This document shows positions 10,861-21,510 of a DNA stretch of 64,000 bases, in pieces. Each line of letters starts with the position of its first letter. Position 1 is the stretch's first letter. The stretch is taken from positions 20,900 to 84,899 of the forward strand of contig JANYDU010000046.1 of assembly GCA_025359805.1 (NCBI GenBank), read 5' to 3'. Both the position numbers and the translations under genes were made by a program. The notes beneath the pieces were generated by a model. That model worked only from the letters and a program-made list of their open reading frames with translations. It made no database searches and was not told the origin of the DNA. This DNA comes from Bacteroidota bacterium (GTDB lineage: Bacteria; Bacteroidota; Bacteroidia; UKL13-3).

Positions 10861-11478
10861 ATGTCAGGACTGATCGGAAAAAAAGTAGGTATGACCAGCA
10901 TATTTGGTAAAGACGGTAAGCAATTAGCTTGTACGGTTATCGAAGCAGGACCTTGTGTTGTAACACAGGTTAAAACATCTGAAAAAGATGGATACAAAGC
11001 TGTTCAAATCGCGTACGGAGAACGTAAGGAAAAAAATTCCCCCGCTGCGCTAAATGGTATTTATAAAAAGGCTAACACAACGCCTAAATCTAAAATGGTT
11101 GAGTTCCAAGGATTCGAACAAGAACTTACTATTGGACAATCACTTACTGTTGACTTATTTGCCGAAGGTGAATTTGTTGATGTGGTTGGTACATCCAAAG
11201 GTAAAGGATTCCAAGGAGTTGTTAAACGTCATGGGTTTGGTGGCGTGGGAGGACAAACTCACGGACAACACAATCGTTTAAGAGCCCCAGGATCTTTAGG
11301 TGCATCTTCAGACCCTTCAAGAGTTATGAAAGGGATGAGAATGGCTGGTAGAATGGGTGGTGTTAGAGTGAAAAAAACTAACCTTGAAATACTAAAAGTA
11401 ATGAAAGACGAGAACCTGATAGTTATTAAAGGCAGCGTTCCTGGTCACAATGGTTCATTCGTTTATATTGAAAAATAA
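10861..11478 (+). CDS. rplC: 50S ribosomal protein L3
   Basis: [21 protein letters not shown]. Confidence 0.99.
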   Translation: MSGLIGKKVGMTSIFGKDGKQLACTVIEAGPCVVTQVKTSEKDGYKAVQIAYGERKEKNSPAALNGIYKKANTTPKSKMVEFQGFEQELTIGQSLTVDLFAEGEFVDVVGTSKGKGFQGVVKRHGFGGVGGQTHGQHNRLRAPGSLGASSDPSRVMKGMRMAGRMGGVRVKKTNLEILKVMKDENLIVIKGSVPGHNGSFVYIEK

Positions 11479-11480
11479 TC

Positions 11481-12116
11481 ATGGAATTAGCAATAATAAA
11501 TACAAGCGGATCAGCAACTGGTAAAAAAGTGAATTTGAATGATGCCATTTATGGTATCGAACCAAATGATCACGCAATATACCTTGATGTAAAGCAATTT
11601 TTGGCTAACCAACGCCAAGGAACTCATAGTTCACTCGAAAAAAGTACTATTAGTGGTTCTACAAAAAAACTTCACCGCCAAAAAGGTACTGGTGGTTCAC
11701 GTAAAGGAAGTATCAAATCTGGTACTTTTGTGGGAGGTGCTCGAATACATGGTCCACATCCTCGTGATTACAGTTTTAAGTTGAACAAAAAATTAAAACA
11801 ATTGGCTCGTAAGTCTGCTCTTGCATACAAAGCAAAAGATAACAGCATTACTATTTTGGAAAATTTCAATATGGATGAGCCAAAAACAAAAAATTATATT
11901 GACATGATGAATAACTTAAAATTTAGTAATGAAAAAACATTACTGGTAATAAGTGATTATAATGATAATATTTATAAATCAAGCAGAAATCTAGCTAAGG
12001 CCAAAGTAATGACAGCAAAAGATCTCAATACATATGCGATTCTTAATGCCAGCAAACTTATCCTTACAGAAGGTTCTGTAGAAGTAATTGAAGAAATTTT
12101 AAATTCTGAAAAATGA
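11481..12116 (+). CDS. rplD: 50S ribosomal protein L4
   Basis: RQGTH, QKGTGG; operon position. Confidence 0.98.
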   Translation: MELAIINTSGSATGKKVNLNDAIYGIEPNDHAIYLDVKQFLANQRQGTHSSLEKSTISGSTKKLHRQKGTGGSRKGSIKSGTFVGGARIHGPHPRDYSFKLNKKLKQLARKSALAYKAKDNSITILENFNMDEPKTKNYIDMMNNLKFSNEKTLLVISDYNDNIYKSSRNLAKAKVMTAKDLNTYAILNASKLILTEGSVEVIEEILNSEK

Positions 12117-12403
12117 GTATTTTAAAGAAACCTTTAATAACTGAAAAGTCTACAGCTTCAGGAGAAAAGCTTGGTCAGATTGGATTTGTAGTTGATAATG
12201 AAGCTACAAAACCAGAGATCAAAAAAGCTATTGAAGATATGTATAAAGTAAGCGTGACCGGCATCAGCACAATGAATTATGCTGGTAAAGCAAAATCACG
12301 TTCTACTAAAAAAGGACTTTTCTACGGCAGAAAACCTGCTTTCAAAAAAGCATTTGTAACACTAAAAGAAGGTCAAACAATCGACTTCTTCCAAAACGTA
12401 TAA
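12113..12403 (+). CDS. rplW: 50S ribosomal protein L23
   Basis: PLITEKS, KKAFVTL. Confidence 0.98.
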   Translation: MSILKKPLITEKSTASGEKLGQIGFVVDNEATKPEIKKAIEDMYKVSVTGISTMNYAGKAKSRSTKKGLFYGRKPAFKKAFVTLKEGQTIDFFQNV

Positions 12404-12409
12404 CGAGAA

Positions 12410-13231
12410 ATGGGAATTAAGAAATTTAGACCAACCACCCCAGGCACAAGATTTAAATTGGCCAACACCTTCGAGGAGATTACAAAATCTACCCCAGAAA
12501 AGTCGTTGCTATTGCCTAAAACGCGTTCGGGTGGACGTAACGATACTGGTAAAATGACCATGAGATACATAGGTGGTGGTCACAAACAAATGTATCGTAT
12601 AATCGATTTTAAACGTGATAAACATGTTCCTGCAACGGTTCACTCAATTGAGTATGATCCAAACAGAACTGCACGTATTGCTTTACTTCACTACGTTGAT
12701 GGTGAAAAAAGGTATATTATTGCTCCAGCAGGATTACAAGCTGGTCAAAAAGTAATGTCAGGTTCTGGTGCTGCTCCAGAAATTGGGAATGCTTTACCAA
12801 TGACTGAAATTCCTTTAGGTACAGTTATTCACAATATTGAAATGCAGCCTGGACAAGGAGCCAAATTAGTTAGAAGTGCGGGTTCGTTTGCTCAATTGCT
12901 TAACCGTGATGGCAAATACGCTACTATCAAATTAGCATCTGGAGAGACTAGAATGATATTAAATACAGGTCTTGCAACTATTGGTTCGGTTTCAAATCCT
13001 GACCATAACTTGGAGCGGAAAGGTAAAGCTGGTGCAAACCGTTGGAGAGGTCGCAGACCTAGAACACGTGCTGTAGCAATGAATCCTGTTGATCACCCAA
13101 TGGGTGGTGGTGAAGGTAGAGCCTCTGGAGGTCATCCACGTTCACGCAAAGGACTAAAAGCTAAAGGTTACAAAACACGTACACCTAAAAAGCATTCAAA
13201 TAATTTCATCATTGAAAGACGTAAGAAGTAA
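12410..13231 (+). CDS. rplB: 50S ribosomal protein L2
   Basis: [27 protein letters not shown]. Confidence 0.99.
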   Translation: MGIKKFRPTTPGTRFKLANTFEEITKSTPEKSLLLPKTRSGGRNDTGKMTMRYIGGGHKQMYRIIDFKRDKHVPATVHSIEYDPNRTARIALLHYVDGEKRYIIAPAGLQAGQKVMSGSGAAPEIGNALPMTEIPLGTVIHNIEMQPGQGAKLVRSAGSFAQLLNRDGKYATIKLASGETRMILNTGLATIGSVSNPDHNLERKGKAGANRWRGRRPRTRAVAMNPVDHPMGGGEGRASGGHPRSRKGLKAKGYKTRTPKKHSNNFIIERRKK

Positions 13232-13240
13232 TAAATAGAT

Positions 13241-13510
13241 ATGGCTCGTTCGCTCAAAAAAGGACCGTTCATCGACATTAAACTTGAGAAAAAAGTAAAT
13301 GTTCTGAACGAATCTAAAAAGAAATCAGTGATCAAAACTTGGTCACGTAGATCAATGATAACACCTGATTTCGTTGGTCATACATTTGGTGTGCACAATG
13401 GAAACAAGTTTATCCCTGTGTATGTAACCGAAAATATGGTTGGTCACAAGTTGGGAGAATTTTCTCCAACCAGAACATTTAGAAATCACCCTGTTAAAAA
13501 AGATGCATAA
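13241..13510 (+). CDS. rpsS: 30S ribosomal protein S19
   Basis: [19 protein letters not shown]. Confidence 0.99.
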   Translation: MARSLKKGPFIDIKLEKKVNVLNESKKKSVIKTWSRRSMITPDFVGHTFGVHNGNKFIPVYVTENMVGHKLGEFSPTRTFRNHPVKKDA

Positions 13511-13896
13511 TGGAAGCAGTAGCGAAATTAAATAATTGCCCTACATCGCCTCGTAAGATGCGACTGATAGTTGATTTAATCAGAGGGAAAAAAGTGGAAG
13601 AAGCATTAAATACTTTGCGATTTAATAATCAAAAAGAAAGTGCACCAAGAGTTGAAAAACTACTCCTATCTGCAATTGCAAATTGGGGACAAAAAAACGA
13701 AGGTGCTCGTGTTGAAGATAGTAACTTGTATATAAAAACTATTTTTGTTGGAGGCGGTCCAATGTTAAAAAGAATTATACCCGCCCCACAAGGAAGAGCT
13801 CATCGTGTGAGAAAACGCTCAAATCATGTTACTTTGATTATTGACAGCAAAGTTGCAAACGCTGAAGTTGAAACTGTAAATTCTAATAACGAATAA
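13510..13896 (+). CDS. rplV: 50S ribosomal protein L22
   Basis: SPRKMRL, PAPQGRA. Confidence 0.98.
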   Translation: MEAVAKLNNCPTSPRKMRLIVDLIRGKKVEEALNTLRFNNQKESAPRVEKLLLSAIANWGQKNEGARVEDSNLYIKTIFVGGGPMLKRIIPAPQGRAHRVRKRSNHVTLIIDSKVANAEVETVNSNNE

Positions 13897-13900
13897 TAGA

Positions 13901-14722
13901 ATGGGACAAAAAGTTAACCCGATAGCATTACGTTTAGGTATCATCAGAGGATGGGAATCTAATTGGTATGGAGGAAAAAATTTCTCTGAAAAACTCATCG
14001 AAGATGAAAAAATCAGAAAATATTTAAACGCCCGTATCACAAAAGGTGGAATAGCTAAGATTGTTATTGAAAGAACTATCAAACGCATTATCATCACTGT
14101 TCATACCTCACGCCCAGGTATCGTAATTGGTAAAGCTGGTTCTGAAGTTGATAAGATTAAAGAAGAAATTAAAAAGCTAACAAAAAAGGATGTTCAAATC
14201 AATATTTTTGAAATTAAACGTCCTGAGTTAGATGCTCAGTTAGTAGGGCAAAATGTTGCGGGACAAATTGAAGCTCGTGTTTCATACAAACGCGCACTAA
14301 AAACTTCTATTGCCTCTACAATGAGAATGGGTGCTGAAGGAATTAAGATTATGATTTCTGGAAGATTAGGTGGCGCTGAAATGGCTCGTTCCGAATCCTA
14401 CAAAGAAGGAAGAACTCCTTTGCATACTCTTCGTGCTGACATTGATTATGCAATAGTTGAAGCATTGACCGTATATGGTAAAATTGGAATTAAGGTGTGG
14501 ATTTGTAAGGGTGAGATTTATGGAAAACGTGATCTTTCTCCTAATGTAGGGATGACAAGCCAAGATAAACCAGGAGTTGGACAAAGACCAAATGATGGAA
14601 GAGCTGATAGAGGAGATAGAAGACCAAGAGGAGGAAATGATAGAAGAGGCGGTAGTGGAGACAGAAAACCAGCAGGAGGATTAGGTGCAGGAGGAGATAA
14701 AAGACCAAGAAATAAAAAGTAA
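13901..14722 (+). CDS. rpsC: 30S ribosomal protein S3
   Basis: [28 protein letters not shown]; Gly/Arg/Asp-rich C-terminal tail. Confidence 0.99.
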   Translation: MGQKVNPIALRLGIIRGWESNWYGGKNFSEKLIEDEKIRKYLNARITKGGIAKIVIERTIKRIIITVHTSRPGIVIGKAGSEVDKIKEEIKKLTKKDVQINIFEIKRPELDAQLVGQNVAGQIEARVSYKRALKTSIASTMRMGAEGIKIMISGRLGGAEMARSESYKEGRTPLHTLRADIDYAIVEALTVYGKIGIKVWICKGEIYGKRDLSPNVGMTSQDKPGVGQRPNDGRADRGDRRPRGGNDRRGGSGDRKPAGGLGAGGDKRPRNKK

Positions 14723-14750
14723 CGAATCACTAATTATAAAACTGTAAGAA

Positions 14751-15170
14751 ATGTTACAGCCAAAAAGAACTAAATATAGAAAAACACAAAAAGGGAGAGT
14801 TAAAGGTAACGCTACCCGTGGAGCTAACATTGCTTTCGGTTCATTTGGACTGAAATCAGTTGACGAAAGTTTCCTTACATCAAAACAGCTTGAAGCTGCT
14901 CGTGTTGCATTAAACCGCTTCATGAAACGCGAAGGTCAAGTATGGATTCGTGTATTTCCTGATAAACCAATGACGAAAAAACCAGCAGAGGTTCGTATGG
15001 GAAAAGGTAAAGGAGCTCCTGAATATTGGGTAGCAGTTTGCAAACCCGGAACTATCATTTTTGAAGCTGATGGTGTACCAATGAATGTTGCTAAAGAAGC
15101 AATGAGATTAGCTTCTCAAAAACTTCCTGTAATTACAAGATTTGTTGTTAAACCTGATTACACTGAATAA
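14751..15170 (+). CDS. rplP: 50S ribosomal protein L16
   Basis: [18 protein letters not shown]. Confidence 0.99.
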   Translation: MLQPKRTKYRKTQKGRVKGNATRGANIAFGSFGLKSVDESFLTSKQLEAARVALNRFMKREGQVWIRVFPDKPMTKKPAEVRMGKGKGAPEYWVAVCKPGTIIFEADGVPMNVAKEAMRLASQKLPVITRFVVKPDYTE

Positions 15171-15172
15171 TC

Positions 15173-15376
15173 ATGAAAAACCCAGAAATTTTAGAGCTTT
15201 CAGATAAAGAATTGAACGCTCGTATTAAAGAAGAACGTACGATGTTGACCAAATTAATATTTGGTCATGCTGTATCACCAATCGAAAATCCTAATAAGAT
15301 TAAGATGAGCAAAAAACTTATCGCTCGTTTGCTCACTGAGCATAAAAAAAGAGTACTAGCAAACGTTCATAATTAA
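15173..15376 (+). CDS. rpmC: 50S ribosomal protein L29
   Basis: ENPNKIK..KKLIARLLT; between rplP and rpsQ. Confidence 0.95.
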   Translation: MKNPEILELSDKELNARIKEERTMLTKLIFGHAVSPIENPNKIKMSKKLIARLLTEHKKRVLANVHN

Positions 15377-15382
15377 AGAAAA

Positions 15383-15652
15383 ATGGAAGCAGTAACAATA
15401 GAAAGAAATTCGCGCAAAGTCATTATCGGTAAAGTAGTAAGCAATAAAATGCAAAAAACTATCGTGGTGTCTGTTGAACGTAAAGTGATGCACCCTAAAT
15501 ATGGTAAGTTCATCAAAATGACTTCAAAGTTTAAGGCTCATGACGAGAAAAATGAATGTAACATTGACGATATCGTCAAAGTTATGGAGACTCGCCCTTT
15601 GAGTAAAGACAAAAGATGGAGATTAGTTGAAATAGTTGAAAAAGCTAAATAA
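15383..15652 (+). CDS. rpsQ: 30S ribosomal protein S17
   Basis: [18 protein letters not shown]. Confidence 0.98.
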   Translation: MEAVTIERNSRKVIIGKVVSNKMQKTIVVSVERKVMHPKYGKFIKMTSKFKAHDEKNECNIDDIVKVMETRPLSKDKRWRLVEIVEKAK

Positions 15653-15654
15653 CA

Positions 15655-16023
15655 ATGATACAACAAGAAAGTAGATTAAAAGTAGCTGATAACAGCGGAG
15701 CAAAAGAAGTACTTTGTATTAGAGTGCTTGGCGGAACAGCAAGACGTTATGCTTCAGTTGGAGATAAAATAGTTGTTACTGTAAAGTCAGCTATACCTTC
15801 TGGTGGTGTAAAAAAAGGGGCAGTTTCTAAAGCTGTTGTTGTTCGTACAAAAAAAGAAATTAGAAGAGCAGATGGCTCATACATTCGCTTTGATGATAAC
15901 TCTTGTGTTTTATTAAATGCACAAGATGAGCCAAGAGCAACACGTATATTTGGTCCGGTTGCACGTGAACTTAGAGAAAAACAATTTATGAAAATTGTAT
16001 CATTAGCACCTGAAGTATTATAA
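15655..16023 (+). CDS. rplN: 50S ribosomal protein L14
   Basis: [19 protein letters not shown]. Confidence 0.99.
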   Translation: MIQQESRLKVADNSGAKEVLCIRVLGGTARRYASVGDKIVVTVKSAIPSGGVKKGAVSKAVVVRTKKEIRRADGSYIRFDDNSCVLLNAQDEPRATRIFGPVARELREKQFMKIVSLAPEVL

Positions 16024-16026
16024 ATC

Positions 16027-16365
16027 ATGGAAAGAAAATATAACAAACAGGCAAAGCTCCATATCAAAAAGGGAGATATGGTTCAGATAATTGCCGGTGA
16101 TGATAAGGGTAAAAAAGGACGCGTTATAGAAGTTAAAAATACTGAAAAACGTGCCTTAGTGGAGGGCATTAACATTGTTAGCCGTCATACTAAACCTAAT
16201 GCTCAAAACCAAAACGGAGGCATTATCAAAAAAGAAGCACCTGTTCATATCTCAAACTTAATGTTATTAGATAAAGCAGGTAATCCTACAAAAGTAGGTC
16301 GTAAAATAAATGAAGCAGGTAAACTGGTTCGTTTTGCTAAAAAATCGGGCGAATTAATTGATTAA
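16027..16365 (+). CDS. rplX: 50S ribosomal protein L24
   Basis: KOW motif [16 protein letters not shown]; EAPVHISN. Confidence 0.98.
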   Translation: MERKYNKQAKLHIKKGDMVQIIAGDDKGKKGRVIEVKNTEKRALVEGINIVSRHTKPNAQNQNGGIIKKEAPVHISNLMLLDKAGNPTKVGRKINEAGKLVRFAKKSGELID

Positions 16366-16372
16366 TGAATAT

Positions 16373-16924
16373 ATGTACACTCCAAGACTAAAAGAACAGT
16401 ATAAATCAGCGGTGGTTCCTGCCTTAAAAGAGAAGTTTCAGTACGCTAACGTAATGGAAATTCCTAAATTGGTAAAAATATGCCTTAACCAAGGTGTTGG
16501 TGCAGCAGTTGCTGATAAAAAAATAGCAGACGTTGCAGTTGCCGAAATGACCATTATTGCTGGACAAAAAGCCGTTACTACAAAATCTAAGAAAGATATT
16601 TCTAATTTTAAATTAAGACAAAACCTTCCTATTGGTTCACGCGTTACGCTTCGCAGCGATAGAATGTATGAATTTTTAGATCGTTTGGTATCTATTTCTT
16701 TGCCGCGTGTGCGTGACTTTGCAGGTTTAAATGAAAAAGGATTTGATGGTCGTGGTAACTACACAATGGGAGTTACTGAACAAATTATTTTCCCTGAAAT
16801 AAATATTGATAAAGTTAGCAGAATTAATGGAATGGACATTACGTTTGTAACAACTGCTACAACAGATGAAGAGTGTTTAGCTCTTTTGAAAGAATTTGGT
16901 TTACCATTTAAAAATCAGAAATAA
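16373..16924 (+). CDS. rplE: 50S ribosomal protein L5
   Basis: LPRVRDF, FDGRGNY, QIIFPEI. ATG at 16373 preferred over the overlapping TTG at 16358. Confidence 0.98.
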   Translation: MYTPRLKEQYKSAVVPALKEKFQYANVMEIPKLVKICLNQGVGAAVADKKIADVAVAEMTIIAGQKAVTTKSKKDISNFKLRQNLPIGSRVTLRSDRMYEFLDRLVSISLPRVRDFAGLNEKGFDGRGNYTMGVTEQIIFPEINIDKVSRINGMDITFVTTATTDEECLALLKEFGLPFKNQK

Positions 16925-17193
16925 TGGCTAAAGAATCAGTAAAAGCTCGCCAGCTTAAAAGAGAAAAAACCGTAGCGCATTATGCTGTTAAAAGAGCAGC
17001 ATTAAAAGCAGCAGGTGATTACGATGCATTACAAAAATTACCAAGAAATGCTTCTCCAGTTCGTTTAAAAAACCGTTGTAAACTAACAGGTCGTCCTAAA
17101 GGATACATGAGAGATTTTGGTATTTGCCGTAATCAATTTCGTGAACTTGCCTCTATGGGAAAAATCCCAGGTGTGACTAAATCTAGTTGGTAA
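16924..17193 (+). CDS. rpsN: 30S ribosomal protein S14 (89-aa form without a complete Zn ribbon)
   Basis: [17 protein letters not shown]. Confidence 0.98.
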   Translation: MAKESVKARQLKREKTVAHYAVKRAALKAAGDYDALQKLPRNASPVRLKNRCKLTGRPKGYMRDFGICRNQFRELASMGKIPGVTKSSW

Positions 17194-17205
17194 GAAAAAA
17201 ATAAA

Positions 17206-17242
17206 TTGCTATGGGATGTGATTATTCATATATTCGCAGCCC
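17206..17242 (+). promoter_or_regulatory. Internal promoter upstream of rpsH
   Basis: TTG (17206-17208), 20-nt spacer, TATATTCG (17229-17236), then CAGCCC. Confidence 0.55.
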
Positions 17243-17265
17243 TAAAAAAAATCAAGATTAATAAC

Positions 17266-17304
17266 CTTAGTTGGAAAGAGTGCCTTTGGCTTACTACCAA
17301 CAAG
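17266..17304 (+). promoter_or_regulatory. Leader stem-loop before rpsH, candidate S8-binding autoregulatory element
   Basis: CTT-A-GTTGG...CCAAC-AAG stem enclosing an AAG / TACT core; ends 14 nt before the ATG. Confidence 0.4.
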
Positions 17305-17318
17305 TAATAAAATAAACA

Positions 17319-17717
17319 ATGACAGATCCAATATCAGATTATTTGACCCGTCTACGTAATGCGATCAAGGCAAATCATCGCATTGTAGAGATTCCTTCTT
17401 CAAATTTGAAGAAAGAGATTACCCGTGTACTTTTCGAAAAAGGGTATATCCTTAATTATAAATTCGAAGATGTAGTAAATCATCAGGGAGTTATCAAAAT
17501 TGCACTAAAATATCATCCAGTAACTAAAACTCCAGCTATCAAAAAGTTGGATCGTGTTAGTAGCCCAGGTTTAAGAAAATACTCTGGAGTTACTGATATG
17601 CCAAGAGTTATTAACGGTTTGGGAATTGCTGTATTAACCACTTCAAAAGGTGTAATGACCGATAAAGAAGCCCGCAAACAAAATGTTGGTGGTGAGGTAT
17701 TGTGTTACATTTATTAA
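17319..17717 (+). CDS. rpsH: 30S ribosomal protein S8
   Basis: TDPISDYLTRLRNA, SSPGLRKY, GGEVLCY. Confidence 0.99.
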   Translation: MTDPISDYLTRLRNAIKANHRIVEIPSSNLKKEITRVLFEKGYILNYKFEDVVNHQGVIKIALKYHPVTKTPAIKKLDRVSSPGLRKYSGVTDMPRVINGLGIAVLTTSKGVMTDKEARKQNVGGEVLCYIY

Positions 17718-17735
17718 AATTAGGAGGAAAAGGTT

Positions 17736-18290
17736 ATGTCACGTATAGGAAAAGCGCCAATAAACTTGCCTTCAGGAGTTGAAGTAAAAGTTTTAAATAA
17801 TAATATTGTTTCAGTAAAAGGTCCTAAGGGAGAATTGCATCAGCAACTAGACCAAGATATTTCTGTAGCAATAGAAAACGGAGTAATTCAAGTTAATCGC
17901 CCAACAGATCAAAAACGCCATAAAGCAATGCATGGTTTGTATAGATCATTACTAAACAATATGGTTGAAGGAGTTACTAATGGTTACAAAGTTCGTCAAG
18001 AGCTTGTAGGTGTTGGTTACAAAGCTACTAATGAAGGAAACGTTCTTGATCTTACACTTGGTTATTCTCATCATATTTATTTTGAAATTCCAAAAGAATT
18101 AAAAGTAAAAACTGAACAAGAAAAGGGTAAGAACCCAATCATAACTCTAGAAGGTTGTGATAAACAATTAATCGGACAAGTAGCTGCTAAAATCCGTAGT
18201 CTTCGTAAACCTGAGCCATACAAAGGAAAAGGTATCAAATTTGAAGGCGAACAACTTAGAAGAAAAGCAGGTAAAACAGCATCTAAATAA
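17736..18290 (+). CDS. rplF: 50S ribosomal protein L6
   Basis: MSRIGK, PEPYKGKG; AGGAGG 8 nt upstream. Confidence 0.99.
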   Translation: MSRIGKAPINLPSGVEVKVLNNNIVSVKGPKGELHQQLDQDISVAIENGVIQVNRPTDQKRHKAMHGLYRSLLNNMVEGVTNGYKVRQELVGVGYKATNEGNVLDLTLGYSHHIYFEIPKELKVKTEQEKGKNPIITLEGCDKQLIGQVAAKIRSLRKPEPYKGKGIKFEGEQLRRKAGKTASK

Positions 18291-18302
18291 AATCATTGAA
18301 CT

Positions 18303-18650
18303 ATGTTGGCTAATAAAACTGAAAAAAGACATAAAATCAAAGCTCGTATTCGTGGTAGAGTATTTGGTACACCTGAAAAGCCGAGATTATCGGTATTCAG
18401 AAGCAATAAGCAAATTTATGCTCAATTGATTGATGATGTTCATGGTAACACCATTGCTACAGCATCTTCATCAAGCATAGCGGATAAACTTAATAAAATT
18501 GAGAAAGCTACCCTTGTTGGAAAAGCTTTAGCCGAAAAAGCTACACAAGTTGGTGTTTCAACAATAGTATTTGATCGTAATGGATATCTTTATCATGGCC
18601 GAGTAAAAAGCTTAGCTGATGGTGCAAGAGAAGGAGGATTAAAATTCTAG
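18303..18650 (+). CDS. rplR: 50S ribosomal protein L18
   Basis: [21 protein letters not shown]. Confidence 0.99.
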   Translation: MLANKTEKRHKIKARIRGRVFGTPEKPRLSVFRSNKQIYAQLIDDVHGNTIATASSSSIADKLNKIEKATLVGKALAEKATQVGVSTIVFDRNGYLYHGRVKSLADGAREGGLKF

Positions 18651-18708
18651 AATGTTTGTATGCTTGCTGCTAAAAACATCAAGCTCAAACTTTAAATGAA
18701 AAATATAT

Positions 18709-19227
18709 ATGTCAACAGCAAACGTAAAAAGAGTTAAAACAAGCGACATCGAACTTAAAGAAAAAGTTGTTTCCATCAACCGTGTTGCCAAAGTAACAAA
18801 AGGTGGTAGAACATTTAGTTTCTCTGCCCTTGTGGTAGTTGGCGATAGTAATGGCATTGTTGGTTATGGTTTAGGAAAAGCCAATGAAGTAACTGATGCT
18901 ATTACCAAAGGCATTGATGACGCAAAGAAGAATTTAGTGAAAGTACCTGTTCTCAAAGGAACTGTTCCTCACGAACAATTAGGTAAATATGGAGGTGGTA
19001 GAGTTTTCTTAAAACCTGCAGCTCATGGAACTGGCGTAATTGCTGGTGGTGCAATGCGTGCTGTATTAGAAAGTGCAGGTATAACTGATGTGTTAGGTAA
19101 ATCAAAAGGATCTTCTAACCCACACAATGTGGTAAAAGCTACTATCGATGCATTATTAAATATGCGTGATGCTTATACCATTGCGAATACAAGAAACATT
19201 AATTTAAAGCAAGTTTTTAACGGATAA
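18709..19227 (+). CDS. rpsE: 30S ribosomal protein S5
   Basis: [18 protein letters not shown]. Confidence 0.99.
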   Translation: MSTANVKRVKTSDIELKEKVVSINRVAKVTKGGRTFSFSALVVVGDSNGIVGYGLGKANEVTDAITKGIDDAKKNLVKVPVLKGTVPHEQLGKYGGGRVFLKPAAHGTGVIAGGAMRAVLESAGITDVLGKSKGSSNPHNVVKATIDALLNMRDAYTIANTRNINLKQVFNG

Positions 19228-19231
19228 TACG

Positions 19232-19411
19232 ATGGCAAAAGTAAAAATTACACAGGTGAAGAGTACCATCGACAGACCTGAAAACCAAAAAAGAACTGTT
19301 AGAGCATTAGGTTTTACCAAAATGCACCAAGTAATTGAAGTTGAAGGTACACCTCAAGTTTTGGGGATGATAAAAAAAGTTGAACATTTATTAAAAGTTG
19401 AAACCGCTTAA
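19232..19411 (+). CDS. rpmD: 50S ribosomal protein L30
   Basis: Manual translation, 59 aa (below the ORF-track cutoff): MAKVKITQVKSTIDRPENQKRTVRALGFTKMHQVIEVEGTPQVLGMIKKVEHLLKVETA; between rpsE and rplO. Confidence 0.97.
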   Translation: MAKVKITQVKSTIDRPENQKRTVRALGFTKMHQVIEVEGTPQVLGMIKKVEHLLKVETA

Positions 19412-19416
19412 GTAAA

Positions 19417-19866
19417 ATGAAACTACACACATTAAAACCTGCAGAAGGTTCAATAAAAAGAGAAGGTAAGAGAATTGGTAGAGGTGAAGGATCCGGTAAG
19501 GGTGGAACAGCTACTAAAGGTCACAAAGGTGGTCAGTCGCGTTCTGGTCATAAAACTAAAAGAGGTTTTGAAGGTGGTCAGATGCCATTATACAGACGTG
19601 TTCCTAAGTTTGGTTTTACTAACTTAAACCGTGTTGAATTCACTCCTATTAACTTAGATAGAGTTCAAACTTTGGTTGAAGAAAAAGGATTAAAATCAAT
19701 TGATGTAGAAACATTTGTGAATAATGGATTAGCATCTAAAAAAGATTTAATAAAAGTATTAGGACGTGGTGAAATAAAAGCCGCAGTAGAAATAAAAGCG
19801 CACGCATTTTCAGCTTCTGCAATAAAAGCTATTGAAGCAGTTGGTGGTACAGCCGTTAAAATCTAA
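19417..19866 (+). CDS. rplO: 50S ribosomal protein L15
   Basis: RIGRGEGSG, GFEGGQMPL. Confidence 0.99.
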   Translation: MKLHTLKPAEGSIKREGKRIGRGEGSGKGGTATKGHKGGQSRSGHKTKRGFEGGQMPLYRRVPKFGFTNLNRVEFTPINLDRVQTLVEEKGLKSIDVETFVNNGLASKKDLIKVLGRGEIKAAVEIKAHAFSASAIKAIEAVGGTAVKI

Positions 19867-19869
19867 CGC

Positions 19870-21231
19870 ATGAAGAAAATTCTTGAAACGATAAAAAACA
19901 TTTACCGAATAGAAGACCTCAGGTACAAGCTTGCTATCACCTTTTGGATGCTCTTCATTTACCGTTTCGGTACCTATGTTACCTTACCAGGTGTAGATCC
20001 AAACGCACTTGAGGGTTCTGCAAGACAAGCAGCAACTGGTATTTTCGGACTAATCAATATGTTTGCTGGAGGAGCCTTTGGTAGAGGTTCAATTTTTGCT
20101 TTAGGAATAATGCCATATATTTCAGCATCTATCGTTGTTCAGTTATTAACTATGGCTGTTCCAACCTTCCAAAAAATGCAAAAAGAAGGTGAAGATGGAA
20201 GAAGAAAAATCAATCAAATTACACGTTATTTAACTATAATCATTACTGCTGTTCAATCCGTTGGTTTCTTAATCAATTTAAAAGCAGAAAATCCTGGAGC
20301 TATTATTTCGATAACTCATCCTGAAATCATGTCGAACTTCATGTTTATGGCAATGTCGGTTATTGTGCTTACATCAAGTACTATGTTTGTAATGTGGTTA
20401 GGAGAAAGAATTACAGATAAAGGAATTGGTAATGGTATCTCTTTAATTATCATGATTGGTATTATTGCTCGTTTACCATTTGCTTTGAAAGAAGAATTCA
20501 ATTTTAAACTTTCTGAATCAGGAGGAGGTTTAGTAATATTCCTAATAGAACTTGCAGCTTTGTTTGCCGTAATTATGGGAGTTATTATGTTAGTTCAAGG
20601 AACTCGTAGAATTCCGGTTCAATATGCAAAAAGAATTGTCGGAAATCGCCAATATGGAGGTGTTCGTCAATATATCCCATTAAAGGTAAATGCTGCTGGT
20701 GTTATGCCAATCATTTTTGCTCAAGCATTAATGTTTATACCATCAACCGTAGCTCAATTTTTCCCTAACTATGAATCAATGCAAGGGGTAATTTCTACAT
20801 TCATCAACCCAGGATCTTTTGGATACAGCATTACTTTTGCTATACTTATTATCATCTTTACTTATTTTTATACCGCAATTTCAGTTAACCCAACTCAAAT
20901 AGCTGATGATATGAAACGGAATAGCGGTTTTATACCAGGAGTTAAGCCCGGTAAAGCAACAGCCAGTTTTATTGATAATGTGATGTCAAGAATTACTTTA
21001 CCTGGAGCTATTTTTTTAGCAATTGTAGCTATCCTTCCTTCATTGGCAGGAGTGCTTAATATTAACAGTCAGTTTGCACAGTTTTATGGGGGAACTTCAT
21101 TACTAATTTTAGTTGGAGTTGTTTTAGACACGTTACAACAAATTGAAAGTCACTTATTGATGCGTCATTATGATGGTTTAATGAAATCGGGACGCATTAA
21201 AGGACGTACTAATGCTGTAGGGGCGGCATAA
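19870..21231 (+). CDS. secY: Preprotein translocase SecY
   Basis: SIFALGIMPYISASI, GIGNGISL, FIPGVKPG, GGTSLLI. Confidence 0.99.
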   Translation: MKKILETIKNIYRIEDLRYKLAITFWMLFIYRFGTYVTLPGVDPNALEGSARQAATGIFGLINMFAGGAFGRGSIFALGIMPYISASIVVQLLTMAVPTFQKMQKEGEDGRRKINQITRYLTIIITAVQSVGFLINLKAENPGAIISITHPEIMSNFMFMAMSVIVLTSSTMFVMWLGERITDKGIGNGISLIIMIGIIARLPFALKEEFNFKLSESGGGLVIFLIELAALFAVIMGVIMLVQGTRRIPVQYAKRIVGNRQYGGVRQYIPLKVNAAGVMPIIFAQALMFIPSTVAQFFPNYESMQGVISTFINPGSFGYSITFAILIIIFTYFYTAISVNPTQIADDMKRNSGFIPGVKPGKATASFIDNVMSRITLPGAIFLAIVAILPSLAGVLNINSQFAQFYGGTSLLILVGVVLDTLQQIESHLLMRHYDGLMKSGRIKGRTNAVGAA

Positions 21232-21239
21232 AATAAATG

Positions 21240-21276
21240 TTGGTGAATAATATAATTAACAGTATTTTCGCAGCCC
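21240..21276 (+). promoter_or_regulatory. Internal promoter for infA-rpmJ-alpha operon
   Basis: TTG (21240-21242), 20-nt spacer, TATTTTCG (21263-21270), then CAGCCC. Confidence 0.55.
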
Positions 21277-21290
21277 TTTTATAGAAAAAT

Positions 21291-21509
21291 ATGTCTAAAC
21301 AGTCGCTTATAAAACAAGATGGAGTTATCATAGAAGCATTGTCAAATGCAATGTTTAGAGTACAACTTGAAAATGGGCACGAGATTATAGCGCACATTTC
21401 GGGCAAGATGAGAATGAATTACATTAAAATCTTACCTGGAGACAAAATTTCTGTAGAAATGTCGCCATATGATTTAACAAAAGGAAGAATAATATATAGA
21501 TATAAATAA
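21291..21509 (+). CDS. infA: Translation initiation factor IF-1
   Basis: [18 protein letters not shown]. Confidence 0.99.
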   Translation: MSKQSLIKQDGVIIEALSNAMFRVQLENGHEIIAHISGKMRMNYIKILPGDKISVEMSPYDLTKGRIIYRYK

Positions 21510-21510
21510 G

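Noticed and set aside
14550-14722. Purine-rich quasi-repeats at the end of rpsC
   Set aside because: They encode the ordinary low-complexity RG/D tail of S3; not a DNA repeat element.
21232-21290. No adk or map between secY and infA
   Set aside because: A known variable position; direct secY-infA adjacency occurs in other Bacteroidota.
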